A stretch of DNA of 64,000 nt from Thermoplasmata archaeon. Lineage in GTDB: Archaea; Thermoplasmatota; Thermoplasmata; UBA10834. A model generated the notes under the pieces. That model saw nothing but the letters and a program-made list of their open reading frames with translations, had not been told where the DNA came from and made no database searches. Made by a program: the position numbers and the translations under genes. The stretch lies in assembly GCA_014859835.1 (NCBI GenBank), contig JACZKW010000047.1, positions 68,794 to 132,793 of the forward strand. The letters run 5' to 3'. Every line of letters starts with the position of its first letter. Positions within the stretch are counted from its first letter, which is position 1. Below are positions 10,440 to 20,076 of the stretch, one piece after another.

Positions 10440-11329
10440 TGAAACTCAAGGAACTCCCAGATGAAGAACTGTTCACCCGGGGACATACCGCATGCGCTGG
10501 TTGCGGAGGGGCAGTGGCTGTCAGGAATCTGATGAAGATACTCGGAAAGAACACCGTAGTGGTCAACCCTGCATGTTGTCTGCTCATATTCGGAGCAACA
10601 TACCCCAACATCGCCTGGAAGGTTCCGTTCCACCATGTCGCATTCGAGAACACAGCGGCATGCGCGACAGGCATAAAGCGCGCCCTGAAAGTGCGTGGAA
10701 TGGATGACACCCTCGTGATGGGTATCGCCGGTGACGGCGGAACTGCGGATATCGGGATGCAGGCGTTGTCCGGTGCGGCCGAGAGGAACGAGGACATACT
10801 CTATGTGATGTACGATAACGAAGCGTACATGAACACTGGTATCCAGAGGTCCAGTTCCACACCTTATGGTGCATGGACGACCACGACGCCGGTCGGATCT
10901 GTCAAGTCTGGGAAGGAGAACTTCAAGAAGGACATGCCGCAGATAATGATGGCACACAACGTGCCATATGTCGCGACCGCGTCCATAGGTCATATCCAGG
11001 ACTTCATCAACAAGTTCGAGAAGGCCAAGAAGATCAAGGGATTCAGGTACATCCAGATCTTTACCCCGTGCCCCACAGGATGGAGGCACGACACTGCAAA
11101 GACGATCGAGATATGCAAGCTCGCAGTCGATACGGGCATGTGGACGCTCTACGAGTCGGAGAACGGCAAGGTCACCATAAACCGGAAGCCGAAGATGACT
11201 CCGGTGACCGAATACCTAAAGCCACAGGGAAGGTTCAGACACCTGACCGAGGACGACATCAAGAAGATTCAGGATTGGGTCAATAAGAAATGGGCGGCCG
11301 ACGAGAAGTACGCTCAGTGCAAACAGTGA
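10436..11329 (+). CDS. porB: Pyruvate:ferredoxin oxidoreductase beta subunit (TPP-binding)
   Basis: CAGCG motif and a GDGG…TPP-binding region. Overlaps porA by 4 nt. Confidence 0.85.
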   Translation: MMKLKELPDEELFTRGHTACAGCGGAVAVRNLMKILGKNTVVVNPACCLLIFGATYPNIAWKVPFHHVAFENTAACATGIKRALKVRGMDDTLVMGIAGDGGTADIGMQALSGAAERNEDILYVMYDNEAYMNTGIQRSSSTPYGAWTTTTPVGSVKSGKENFKKDMPQIMMAHNVPYVATASIGHIQDFINKFEKAKKIKGFRYIQIFTPCPTGWRHDTAKTIEICKLAVDTGMWTLYESENGKVTINRKPKMTPVTEYLKPQGRFRHLTEDDIKKIQDWVNKKWAADEKYAQCKQ

Positions 11330-11352
11330 GGATCTCGAGCACCCTCACTATC

Positions 11353-11392
11353 CCTTCGTTTTCTTCATCAAAACCATTTGTGTTTCGTTTTC
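11353..11392. terminator. T-rich intergenic tract between convergent porB and GNAT genes (archaeal oligo-T terminator candidate)
   Basis: The tract CCTTCGTTTTCTTCATC…GTGTTTCGTTTTCCCG lies in the convergent gap. Confidence 0.3.
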
Positions 11393-11419
11393 CCGCCCCT
11401 GATCGGGTAGGGTGATTTT

Positions 11420-12271
11420 TCAAAGACCCTTGCACATCTCGGCCTGTTTCAGGGTCACATGGAAATCGAACTTGTCCAGCAATCGTTGCACTGGCAGCTC
11501 GTCATTGACGTTGTATAGGCCAGTCGTGAACACGCCCATCTCGAAGAGCCTGTTCAGAGCGAACTTCATCAGCCCTGTCCCTATTCCTTGACCGCGTTTT
11601 TCCGGGACGACACCGAGGTACGGGATGAATCCGCTGTTCTCGACTCTTCGGACAATGACGAATCCGCCCTTGACCTTGTAGCATTCGGAATTTCTGGCAG
11701 TCATCATGAGACCGTGGATTTTTCTCCTCTGCCAGCAACTATTCTCATATGATCTCTCGTGGAGGTCCATGAGGTCCTGAAGCGTTGCCTTCTCGGGCGC
11801 TATCCCGAAACCCGAGGACTGCTGGGGTTTGCCATCGGCGCATAGATAGACATTGCTCTGCTGGTATCCCATCGACCTGTAGAGCTCCTCTGCCTTCTCA
11901 TTTCCCTGGATCACTTCCAGGCTGATCTCCTTGGCTCCCCTCTTGCGGGAGAATTCCTCAGCTGCGAGCATCAGTTTCCGGCCGAGACCCCTGCGTCTGA
12001 ATTCTGGGACAACCCCAACTCCACCGACCCATGCTTCCTCTCCGTCGATCACCGGGTTGACATATCCTATTATGCTGCCCTTGTCGACGGCAACCAATAC
12101 ATTCGCAGAGTCTCCTCCGACGGACCTGATGAAATCCATCCAGAACTCCTTGCTCGACTTCATGGGGACGATGTAGTCCGCGAATATCTCGTTCTGCGCG
12201 TCGATCAGTTCGTCCAGCTCTGTTCTGTCCATGTGTCTAATCAATGTACCCTGCAAAGCCATTCGTGTCAC
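11420..12271 (-). CDS. Tandem GNAT-domain N-acetyltransferase
   Basis: Two acetyl-CoA-binding-like motifs (…VPEFRRRGLGRKLM… and …PEKRGQGIGTGLM…). Confidence 0.6.
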   Translation of the reverse strand: MTRMALQGTLIRHMDRTELDELIDAQNEIFADYIVPMKSSKEFWMDFIRSVGGDSANVLVAVDKGSIIGYVNPVIDGEEAWVGGVGVVPEFRRRGLGRKLMLAAEEFSRKRGAKEISLEVIQGNEKAEELYRSMGYQQSNVYLCADGKPQQSSGFGIAPEKATLQDLMDLHERSYENSCWQRRKIHGLMMTARNSECYKVKGGFVIVRRVENSGFIPYLGVVPEKRGQGIGTGLMKFALNRLFEMGVFTTGLYNVNDELPVQRLLDKFDFHVTLKQAEMCKGL

Positions 12272-12273
12272 TT

Positions 12274-13758
12274 CTACATGGTTTCTGGTTTCATGTGCGG
12301 GAACAGTATGACTTCCTTTATCGAGGGGGCATTCGTCAATATCATTGCGAGTCGATCGACGCCTATGCCGAGACCTCCTGTCGGCGGGAGACCGTATTCT
12401 AGCGCCCGGATGTAATCTGAGTCGATCGGATGTGCCTCCTCGTCCCCTTCCTTACGACGCCTGTCCTGTTCCATGAATCTCTGTTCCTGTTCCTCTGGAT
12501 CGTTGAGTTCTGAGAATGCGTTGGCGAATTCCCATCCGTTTATGAAGAGTTCGAACCTCTCGACGAGGTCAGGATTCCCGCGCTTCCGCTTTGCCAACGG
12601 GGATACTTCCACAGGATGATCTATTACGAATGTCGGGTTCATCAGATGTGGCTGTGCCTTCTGGTCGAATATTTCGGCGACGATCTTGCCTATGTTCTGA
12701 CAGTCAGCTATGTCCCTCACGCCGATCTTCATGGCGACATCTCGAGCCTCTTCGACCGATCCGAATGATGATATGTCGATTCCCGTGTGCTCCTTGACTG
12801 CATCGTGCATCGTTATCCGGAGCCAGGGTTTCGAGAAATCCAGCACTTTATCTCCGTATGGAATCTTGTTCGTCCCCGTTATATGCATCGCAGTGTCGCA
12901 GATGAGTGATTCTGTCAGGTCCATTATGTCCTCATAGTCTGCATATGCCTGATAGAGCTCAATCGACGTGTATTCTGGATAATGCTGCGCATCTATGTCC
13001 TCGTTCCTGAAGTTCTTGCCAATCTCGTAGACTTTCTCCAGGTTGCCGACTATGCATCTCTTGTGATAGAGCTCAGGGGCTATCCTGAGGTATAGATCCA
13101 TGTCTAGGTAGTTGTGGTGTGTCACGAAAGGCTTCGCCAGAGCGCCTCCGTAAAGGGGTTGTAGTATCGGTGTCTCGATTTCCAGAAAGTCTCTCTTGTT
13201 CAACCACTCCCTGAAGTAGGCGACCATCTTGCTCCTGTTTATGAATCTCTTTCTGACATCATCGTTGATTGCGAGGTCGAGGTACCTCTGTCTATACCTT
13301 GTCTGCACATCCTGCAGCCCATGAAATTTCTCTGGGAATGGTATTAGCGCTTTCGATAGGACTTCAAGGGTGCTGACCGCGATGGTCACCTCACCCATCT
13401 TGGTCCTGAAGACCTTACCTTTTACTCCGATTATGTCGCCGCGATCTAGCGATGTGAAAATGTCCCAGACATCTTGGCCAATGTCGTTCAGTTTGAAATA
13501 GAGCTGTATCTTGCCATCTCTGTCCACGAGATCGGCAAAGCCCGCCTTTCCATGGACACGGACAGCCATGGCTCTACCAGCAGTCGATACCTCCACGGAG
13601 CTTTTCTCCGCGCCAATATCCCCGAACTCCCGCTTCACACCCTCGCTGCTATGGGTGCGAATGAACCTGTACTTCTGGTACGGATCAAGCCCCTTACTCT
13701 TCAGGACTTCGAGCTTGCTCCTCATCTGAGCCCTCAAATCGCTCTCCTGTTCCGCCAT
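12274..13758 (-). CDS. lysS: Lysyl-tRNA synthetase, class II
   Basis: N-terminal OB anticodon-binding region and class-II motifs (…FLEIETPIL…, …FRNEDIDAQHYPEYTSIELYQAY…, …GLGIGVDRLAMILT…). Confidence 0.85.
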   Translation of the reverse strand: MAEQESDLRAQMRSKLEVLKSKGLDPYQKYRFIRTHSSEGVKREFGDIGAEKSSVEVSTAGRAMAVRVHGKAGFADLVDRDGKIQLYFKLNDIGQDVWDIFTSLDRGDIIGVKGKVFRTKMGEVTIAVSTLEVLSKALIPFPEKFHGLQDVQTRYRQRYLDLAINDDVRKRFINRSKMVAYFREWLNKRDFLEIETPILQPLYGGALAKPFVTHHNYLDMDLYLRIAPELYHKRCIVGNLEKVYEIGKNFRNEDIDAQHYPEYTSIELYQAYADYEDIMDLTESLICDTAMHITGTNKIPYGDKVLDFSKPWLRITMHDAVKEHTGIDISSFGSVEEARDVAMKIGVRDIADCQNIGKIVAEIFDQKAQPHLMNPTFVIDHPVEVSPLAKRKRGNPDLVERFELFINGWEFANAFSELNDPEEQEQRFMEQDRRRKEGDEEAHPIDSDYIRALEYGLPPTGGLGIGVDRLAMILTNAPSIKEVILFPHMKPETM

Positions 13759-13910
13759 CAGGCATCCCTCTCCAAGGGTGCGTTCTCATAGCCGAAGGTC
13801 GTACTTAAAAGTAAGCGACTCCCAGTCAGGGCCATTCTCCCGCTCTTGTTCCCACTCGCTCTCATGCAATTCACCTCGGTCGAAGCCCGCAATAAGTAAA
13901 GCGCGCTCCG

Positions 13911-14279
13911 CTACTGCTTCTTGCCTTTTTCCGCCTCTGCGATTGCCACCAGAAGCTCCTCTATCCGGAATGGTTTGAGAAGGAATCCTTTGGCTCCTGC
14001 AGCGAGAGCTTCCTTCTCTATATGAAGGTCCGCGCTCCCGAAGAATATTGTCGCGCTGGGGTCCATCTTGAGGATCTCTTGTGTCGCACTGACCCCATCC
14101 TTTATGGGCATCCTCTGGTCCATGATTATGACCACAGGTTTCTCTGCCATCTCCTTGTATTTCCTGACGGCCTCCTCGCCGTCCGAAGCGACGGCGACGA
14201 CGGAATGTCCGTTCGCTTCAAGGATGTCTCGGTACAGGTCGACGATGAACTTCTCATCATCGACGAGGAATACTGTAAC
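13911..14279 (-). CDS. Stand-alone response-regulator receiver (CheY-like) domain protein; start codon unresolved
   Basis: The track ORF (M at 14150) contains only the C-terminal half. Extending the frame upstream gives VTVFLVDDEKFIVDLYRDILEANGHSVVAVASDGEEAVRKYKEMAEKPVVIIMDQRMP…K, a full receiver with the DD, D and K residues. There is no ATG/GTG/TTG between the upstream in-frame TGA (about 14290) and the DD motif. A GGAGGT motif precedes an ATA codon. Confidence 0.5.
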   Translation of the reverse strand, partial: VTVFLVDDEKFIVDLYRDILEANGHSVVAVASDGEEAVRKYKEMAEKPVVIIMDQRMPIKDGVSATQEILKMDPSATIFFGSADLHIEKEALAAGAKGFLLKPFRIEELLVAIAEAEKGKKQ

Positions 14280-14505
14280 TATATTACAACCTCCGACTCC
14301 GTGGCATCAATCGCACTTCGAGATGCGCACTTGCCCTATCATCAGGTCCGAAGAGTATCAAGCCAGATGGGGTTGTGTCAATTATCTTGCACGTTATATA
14401 ATGCTTTTCGTTACGGCGAGAACCCTCGAAAGTCATCCGAATGGCATCATCCGATGCCGGTAAACTCTTATATAGTGAACCTTTCAATAGGCCTTGACGA
14501 GGCCT

Positions 14506-14673
14506 ATGGCAAAGAACAAGAAAGGCGAGGGGTTTCACTCCGCGGCCGGTCTGATCAGATATTTCGATTCCGAGGATGACAAGGCGCTCAAGGTACATCC
14601 TTGGCTTGTAGTGGCCCTCTGCATAGCTGCATCCGCCATAGTCCTGGTGTTCGGGGCGCTATATCCGACATGA
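14506..14673 (+). CDS. Preprotein translocase subunit Sec61beta (archaeal SecG), 55 aa
   Basis: MAKNKKGEGFHSAAGLIRYFDSEDDKALKVHPWLVVALCIAASAIVLVFGALYPT. The conserved AGL(I/M)RY motif plus a single C-terminal TM helix match archaeal Sec61beta. Too short for the ORF track. An AT-rich TATA-like element (CTTATATAG) lies about 30 nt upstream. Confidence 0.6.
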   Translation: MAKNKKGEGFHSAAGLIRYFDSEDDKALKVHPWLVVALCIAASAIVLVFGALYPT

Positions 14674-14988
14674 TTTTCTGTGTCGAACGAGAATACTCTC
14701 CATATTGAGGGGACACGGCGCCAGACCAATGAACCAGTTCCATTCTCTATGTACATTCATGTGCAGCCCGAGTCTCATTCTCGACGGAACACATAAATAT
14801 CGTTGCAGTCTTCGAGAATCTGCTCGAGGCGAAAGGACATGGCCACATCAAGAGTCGTGTATGGTAGTCTTCACGCGTGATGACACACGCCCCAGCCAGA
14901 ACTCAAGACATGGTTTTTACATGAATATATGGCCCAGTTTGAGCTTTCCTTCCGATCGACGAAATCATGGACCCGAGGTGGATTTGGC

Positions 14989-15855
14989 ATGAGTGCACTC
15001 AGGATCGCCCTCCCGAACAAGGGAAGATTGAACGGCAGCGCAGTCAGATTGATGAACAGGATCGGTTTCTCGGTCCCCGACTCGAGCAGCAGGACACTGC
15101 TGGCCGAGTTTAGCAAGGGTAGGTATCAGGTTCTGATGGCACGCGCCCTGGATATTCCCGAATTCGTCGAGATGGGAGCTGCCGACCTTGGTATCACCGG
15201 TCTCGATATCCTTCTTGAGACGAAGAGGAGTGTGGAGCGGATGATGGACCTCGACTTCGGGAGATGCCGATTGGTCGTCGCGGTTCCTGACGAATCATCT
15301 ATTCAGAACGTGTCTGATGTCAAGGATGGAGCCACCGTAGCAACATCCTTCCCAAACCTGACAAAGGAATTCTTCCAGGGACTCGGGAAGAAGGTCGAGA
15401 CCGCTGAGGTCTCGGGGGCAACGGAAGTCGCGCCCAGGATAGGCCTGGCGGAGATAATAACGGATCTGACAGAGACCGGGTCGACCTTGAAGTTGAATCA
15501 CCTGAAGGAGATAGGCGTCGTATTGGAGTCGGTCGCAGTCCTCATAGCGAACCCGAAAGCCATCGAGGAGAAGAAGATCAGGATGGATGAGATCACAAGC
15601 GCTATGGCGAGTGTCATGAACGCTTCGAGGAAGCGCTACCTGATGGCCAATGTCCCAAAGGACAAGCTGACCAGCCTCGACACGCTTCTGCCAGGCGTCT
15701 CCGGACCGACGGTCATGAACATCATAGGTCGGGATGACGTCGTGGCGATACACGCGGTTGCGAACGAGGATGAGGTCAATGGAGTCATCGCGATGCTGAA
15801 GGGCATCGGAGCGACGGGGATCCTAGTGATGCCGATAGACAGGATGGTACTGTGA
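14989..15855 (+). CDS. hisG: ATP phosphoribosyltransferase (long form); track ORF begins at 14929 but the HisG-like N-terminus MSALRIALPNKGRL starts at 14989
   Basis: …RIALPNKGRL…, …LDFGRCRLVVAVP… and a C-terminal regulatory domain. Confidence 0.85.
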   Translation: MSALRIALPNKGRLNGSAVRLMNRIGFSVPDSSSRTLLAEFSKGRYQVLMARALDIPEFVEMGAADLGITGLDILLETKRSVERMMDLDFGRCRLVVAVPDESSIQNVSDVKDGATVATSFPNLTKEFFQGLGKKVETAEVSGATEVAPRIGLAEIITDLTETGSTLKLNHLKEIGVVLESVAVLIANPKAIEEKKIRMDEITSAMASVMNASRKRYLMANVPKDKLTSLDTLLPGVSGPTVMNIIGRDDVVAIHAVANEDEVNGVIAMLKGIGATGILVMPIDRMVL

Positions 15856-15856
15856 T

Positions 15857-17143
15857 ATGCTGAAATACACATTGTCCCGGATGACCTCCAAGGAGTTGCG
15901 GTCGGTCTTAGAGAGAGAGGATGTGGACCTGACATCAGCCCTTTCATCCGCCATGGACATAATAGATCAAGTCCGTGCGAATGGAGACGAGGCGCTTTTG
16001 AGGTTCTCAGAACAATTCGAGGGGTTTCGAAGCAATGCGATGCGAATTCCTGAATCCGAGTTGGTCTCAGCTCAGAGGAGACTTCCCAAACTCCTTCTTC
16101 AGGCTATTAAGAGATCGAAGGCTAGGATTGAGAAGTTCCATTCCAAACAGACAATCCGGCCGTTCGAATACGAGGATGATTGCGGCATCATTGGACAGCG
16201 TGTGGTCCCTCTCGAGCGGGTCGGTGTTTATGTTCCAGGCGGAACCGCAAGCTACGCCTCTTCCGTGCTGATGGCGTGTATCCCTGCAAAGATCTCCGGT
16301 GTCAAGGAGATAGCAGTGTGTACTCCTGGTAGAAGCGGGAAGGTGGCCGATTCGATCCTGGCAGCTGCTGGAATATGCGGTATAAACGAAGTATATTCTG
16401 TCGGTGGAGCACAAGCGGTGGCCGCCATGGCCTACGGCACTGAAACGATACGACGGGTGCAGAAGATCGTTGGACCTGGCGGCGCATTTGTCACAGCAGC
16501 GAAGTTGCTCGTGAGAAATGATTGCGAGATTGATTTCCTTGCGGGGCCCTCTGAAGTGCTGCTGATCGCAGACGATCATGCCGACCCAAGATTCATCGCA
16601 ATGGAGATGCTGGCACAGCTCGAGCACGACCCTCTGGCTAGGGCGGTGCTGGTGACCGACTCGAAAAAGATGATCGAGTCATCGTCGAGGATCCTTGGCG
16701 ACCTGATATCGACCGCTGCTCGGAAAGAGATCGTGGATCGGTCATCGTCATGTGGAGCCATCTTCATCAAGGTCAAGAGTGTGAATTCCGCGGTTGAATT
16801 CTCCAACAGTTACGCTCCCGAACACTTGGTGATAGATGTCCGGAATCCAAAGAAGGTTCTGAAATCCATATACAACGCAGGATCAGTATTCCTGGGCCCT
16901 TATTCATCAGTCGCATTCGGTGATTACTGCACAGGGACGAATCACATATTGCCAACGAAAGGTGTCGCGGCGATGAAGTCCTCCTTGTCGACCTATGATT
17001 TCGTCAAGATAGTCCCGTACCAGATGTTGACCCGGAAGGGAGCGTCCAAGCTATCTGAGACGGTTCGACTGATGGCTCTATCCGAGGGACTGCCCGCGCA
17101 CGCCGACGCGGCGTGCGCACGTGCGGGGAGGGTGAGGAGATGA
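15857..17143 (+). CDS. hisD: Histidinol dehydrogenase
   Basis: …[18 protein letters not shown]…, …[13 protein letters not shown]…, …[21 protein letters not shown]…. Confidence 0.9.
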   Translation: MLKYTLSRMTSKELRSVLEREDVDLTSALSSAMDIIDQVRANGDEALLRFSEQFEGFRSNAMRIPESELVSAQRRLPKLLLQAIKRSKARIEKFHSKQTIRPFEYEDDCGIIGQRVVPLERVGVYVPGGTASYASSVLMACIPAKISGVKEIAVCTPGRSGKVADSILAAAGICGINEVYSVGGAQAVAAMAYGTETIRRVQKIVGPGGAFVTAAKLLVRNDCEIDFLAGPSEVLLIADDHADPRFIAMEMLAQLEHDPLARAVLVTDSKKMIESSSRILGDLISTAARKEIVDRSSSCGAIFIKVKSVNSAVEFSNSYAPEHLVIDVRNPKKVLKSIYNAGSVFLGPYSSVAFGDYCTGTNHILPTKGVAAMKSSLSTYDFVKIVPYQMLTRKGASKLSETVRLMALSEGLPAHADAACARAGRVRR

Positions 17144-18204
17144 CATCGGTCGGAGAACTCAGACGGAGGACCCTGGAGACACTCTCCAGGCCGTCCTATT
17201 CGATTGCTAAGAAGGACATGGTCCTTCTGAACGACAATGCCAACCTGTTTGGCGTGAACCCCGCCGTGATGGATGTGGCAGAAGAATTCGACTTTTCCAG
17301 GTTATGGGCATATCCCAGCGAGAACTCGGACGCTCTTCGGGATCGTATCGCATCCGAATACGGTCTATCCCCTAAGGAAGTGATAGTCGGTAACGGGTCC
17401 GATGAATTGCTGGATATCGTCTCAAAGACTTTCATCAACCCTGGGGACAGGTTCTGCTCGCCATCGCCGACTTTCGGGATGTACAGATTCTATGCACGAG
17501 TCAATCTTGCCACAATATGCGAGGTGCCCCTCCGACCTGATTTTTCAATGGATGTTGACCGGATTCTCGCTCAGAATGCGAAACTGACGGCGATATGTCA
17601 GCCGAACAATCCCACTGCCAACCTCTTCGAAACAGATGCCATCAGGAGGATATTGACCGAATCCAAGGGCGTGGTCATGGTGGACGAGGCGTATAGCGAT
17701 TTCAGCGGGACCAGCATGGTCGAAGATATCATGACGAGTCCATCAGCGCTCGACATCCGCACATTCTCGAAGGCATATGGCCTGGCCGGGTTGAGGGCGG
17801 GTTTCGCGCTCGCACGTGAGGAGACGATCAACGAGTTGAGACGGGTTCGGACACCGTTCGGCCTCAATTCATTCACCGAGGCTGTCGCCATCAAGGCCAT
17901 AGACAATAGTGATTGGGTGAGATCGATGGTCGATGAGATGAAGTCTCAGAGGGCTTACCTTGACGGTAAGCTCAGAGCGATGGGTTTCGAGACATACCCC
18001 TCCGTATGCAATTTCGTCATAGCAAAATGCCCGGTCGAGGGCACCCCTTTGGTCTCGGCCCTGGGGGATCTAGGGATAGCGATCAGGGACTGCAGTTCGT
18101 TCCCGATGATGAAGGATCACATCAGGGTGACCGTAGGGCCCAGGGCTCTTTTGGATCGATTCCTTGAAGCGCTCGATCAACTGATTACGGTGAGGATCGA
18201 ATGA
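17113..18204 (+). CDS. hisC: Histidinol-phosphate aminotransferase
   Basis: Class-II aminotransferase pattern (…VDEAYSDF…, …RTFSKAYGLAGLRAGFA…). Position is in the his operon. Confidence 0.85.
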   Translation: MRTCGEGEEMTSVGELRRRTLETLSRPSYSIAKKDMVLLNDNANLFGVNPAVMDVAEEFDFSRLWAYPSENSDALRDRIASEYGLSPKEVIVGNGSDELLDIVSKTFINPGDRFCSPSPTFGMYRFYARVNLATICEVPLRPDFSMDVDRILAQNAKLTAICQPNNPTANLFETDAIRRILTESKGVVMVDEAYSDFSGTSMVEDIMTSPSALDIRTFSKAYGLAGLRAGFALAREETINELRRVRTPFGLNSFTEAVAIKAIDNSDWVRSMVDEMKSQRAYLDGKLRAMGFETYPSVCNFVIAKCPVEGTPLVSALGDLGIAIRDCSSFPMMKDHIRVTVGPRALLDRFLEALDQLITVRIE

Positions 18205-18800
18205 GAGTCAGCATAGTGGATTATGGTGTAGGCAACCTTCACAGCATCTCCAAAGGGATTGAGAGAGCAGGCGCGAGAGTAGAGGTTATCCGTGATTTCT
18301 CCAAGCTTCCAGAGGCGGAATGCATAGTGTTCCCGGGAGTTGGTGCGTTCGGGGCCGCAATGGAGCAGCTTCGTCCGGTCAGCGACGAGGTGAGAGGTGC
18401 CATATTATCTGGAACCCCTACGCTGGGTGTGTGTCTGGGCATGCAGATTCTGTTCGATAGGAGCGATGAGTCCGCTGGCCCCGGTCTCTCCATCCTAAGA
18501 GGCGATGTTCGGAGGCTGAAGGGTGATAGAATACCCCACATGGGCTGGAACGATGTCCAGCACTCTGGCGACCCTCTATTCGATGGCGTTCCTCAGGGAA
18601 GTAAATTTTATTATGCGAACTCCTTTGTCTGCCATCCCATGGGAAAAATCGGAATATCCGAGACGCACTACGGTGAGACGTTCGTATCCGCGGTCAGGAA
18701 GGGGACACTGTGCGGGGTGCAGTTCCACCCTGAGAAGAGCGGATCGATAGGTCTGAAATTGCTTTCGAATTTCGTCAGGATTGCGGAGGAATCGGCATGA
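18201..18800 (+). CDS. hisH: Imidazole glycerol phosphate synthase glutamine amidotransferase subunit
   Basis: …DYGVGNLHSISKGIERAGA…, GVCLGMQ catalytic Cys, …QFHPEKSG…. Confidence 0.85.
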   Translation: MRVSIVDYGVGNLHSISKGIERAGARVEVIRDFSKLPEAECIVFPGVGAFGAAMEQLRPVSDEVRGAILSGTPTLGVCLGMQILFDRSDESAGPGLSILRGDVRRLKGDRIPHMGWNDVQHSGDPLFDGVPQGSKFYYANSFVCHPMGKIGISETHYGETFVSAVRKGTLCGVQFHPEKSGSIGLKLLSNFVRIAEESA

Positions 18801-19507
18801 TCATAGTGCCTGCGGTTGATATCAAGGGTGGCAAATGCGTGCAACTGGTAGGTGGAAAGCCAGGTACGGAGAGAGTGAGCATAGAAGACGTCGTCGGCGT
18901 CGCGAGGAAGTGGCAGGAGCAGGGAGCCGAGATGCTCCATGTTATCGATCTGGACTCCGCACTCGGAACAGGCAACAATGAGAGCCTGATCGAGATGATA
19001 GTCGCGGATCTCGCCATCCCTGTCCAAGTCGGTGGAGGCATAAGGACCGATGAGAAGGTGTATCGGCTATTCGAAATCGGTTGCGAGCGCGTGATCATCG
19101 GAACAAGAGCCGTCGAAGACCGACAGTTCGTGGAACGCCTGGCGAGCAAATATACTGACGGAATCGTGGTGGCTCTGGACTCCTCCTCTAAGGAGATACT
19201 TGTCAGAGGTTGGCAGGAGGGTTCAGGAAAGGTCATGCGCGATGTTGCGAAGGACCTCGAGGATCTGCCGTTCTGGGGATTCCTCTACACCAACGTGGAT
19301 GTAGAGGGGAAGCTCCAGGGTATAGATCCGCTCCCGATCAGGAGTCTGATAGAGGCTACGAAGAAGCATGTCATCGTATCGGGGGGTATCACGACCAGAA
19401 GCGATTTGGATACCCTCCGGAACATGGGTGTCGATTCCGTGGTCCTGGGCATGTCCATATACACTGGCACGATCGATTTCAAGAAAGTCGTGAGGGAGTT
19501 CAGGTGA
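18797..19507 (+). CDS. hisA: ProFAR isomerase
   Basis: MIIVPAVDIKGGKCVQLVGG…, …LHVIDLDSALGTGNN…. Confidence 0.85.
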   Translation: MIIVPAVDIKGGKCVQLVGGKPGTERVSIEDVVGVARKWQEQGAEMLHVIDLDSALGTGNNESLIEMIVADLAIPVQVGGGIRTDEKVYRLFEIGCERVIIGTRAVEDRQFVERLASKYTDGIVVALDSSSKEILVRGWQEGSGKVMRDVAKDLEDLPFWGFLYTNVDVEGKLQGIDPLPIRSLIEATKKHVIVSGGITTRSDLDTLRNMGVDSVVLGMSIYTGTIDFKKVVREFR

Positions 19508-20067
19508 AGACGGAGGAAAGGCAGAGGATTGCCGAGATATCCCGAAAGACCAGGGAGACAACAATCTTCGTGAAGCTCAGCATAGATGGTTCGGGGGAGT
19601 GTAAGTGCATCATTCCAGACGAATTCCTGCGACACATGGTGGAGACTTTGACCAAGTATTCCGGGGTCGACATGGACATGACCGCTGAGGGCGACATGGA
19701 GCACCACCTCGTGGAGGATGTGGCAATCACCATTGGGAAAGCATATAGGAAGGCCATTGGCGAAGGTGCGGTGAAGCGCATAGCCAGCTCGACGGTTCCC
19801 ATGGATGAGGCGCTGGTTCAGGTCTCGGTCGATCTGATCGACAGGCCATATGTGCACTTGGAAATGCCCGATATCATGTACGAACACTTCATTCGCTCTT
19901 TCGCGATGGAACTAAGGGCGACGATCCACTCTGTCGTCATCAGGGGGAAGGACGAGCATCACATAATCGAGGCGACATTCAAGGCGTTGGGGATTGCGCT
20001 GAGGACAGCGATGACCCCCGTATCTTCAGCTCTGTCGACCAAGTCCTCCGTCGTCTGGGGGGAATGA
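19504..20067 (+). CDS. hisB: Imidazoleglycerol-phosphate dehydratase; GTG start overlapping the hisA stop, track ORF begins upstream at 19210 inside hisA
   Basis: …RKTRETTIFVKLSIDGSG…, …HHLVEDVAITIGKA…, …DEHHIIEATFKALGIALR… (the two IGPD signature regions). Confidence 0.8.
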   Translation: MKTEERQRIAEISRKTRETTIFVKLSIDGSGECKCIIPDEFLRHMVETLTKYSGVDMDMTAEGDMEHHLVEDVAITIGKAYRKAIGEGAVKRIASSTVPMDEALVQVSVDLIDRPYVHLEMPDIMYEHFIRSFAMELRATIHSVVIRGKDEHHIIEATFKALGIALRTAMTPVSSALSTKSSVVWGE

Positions 20068-20076
20068 ACCACGACA

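Noticed and set aside
10088-11089. 333-aa minus-strand ORF antisense to porA/porB
   Set aside because: Shadow ORF within well-supported POR subunit genes, with no recognisable motifs.
14284-14598. 104-aa minus-strand ORF
   Set aside because: It lies over the Sec61beta gene and promoter region on the opposite strand, with no motifs. The conserved Sec61beta ORF on the plus strand explains the region.
19210-19503. Upstream extension of the hisB track ORF (start at 19210)
   Set aside because: The extension overlaps the last 300 nt of hisA in another frame and translates to an Arg/Gly-rich non-HisB sequence. IGPD homology starts at the GTG at 19504.
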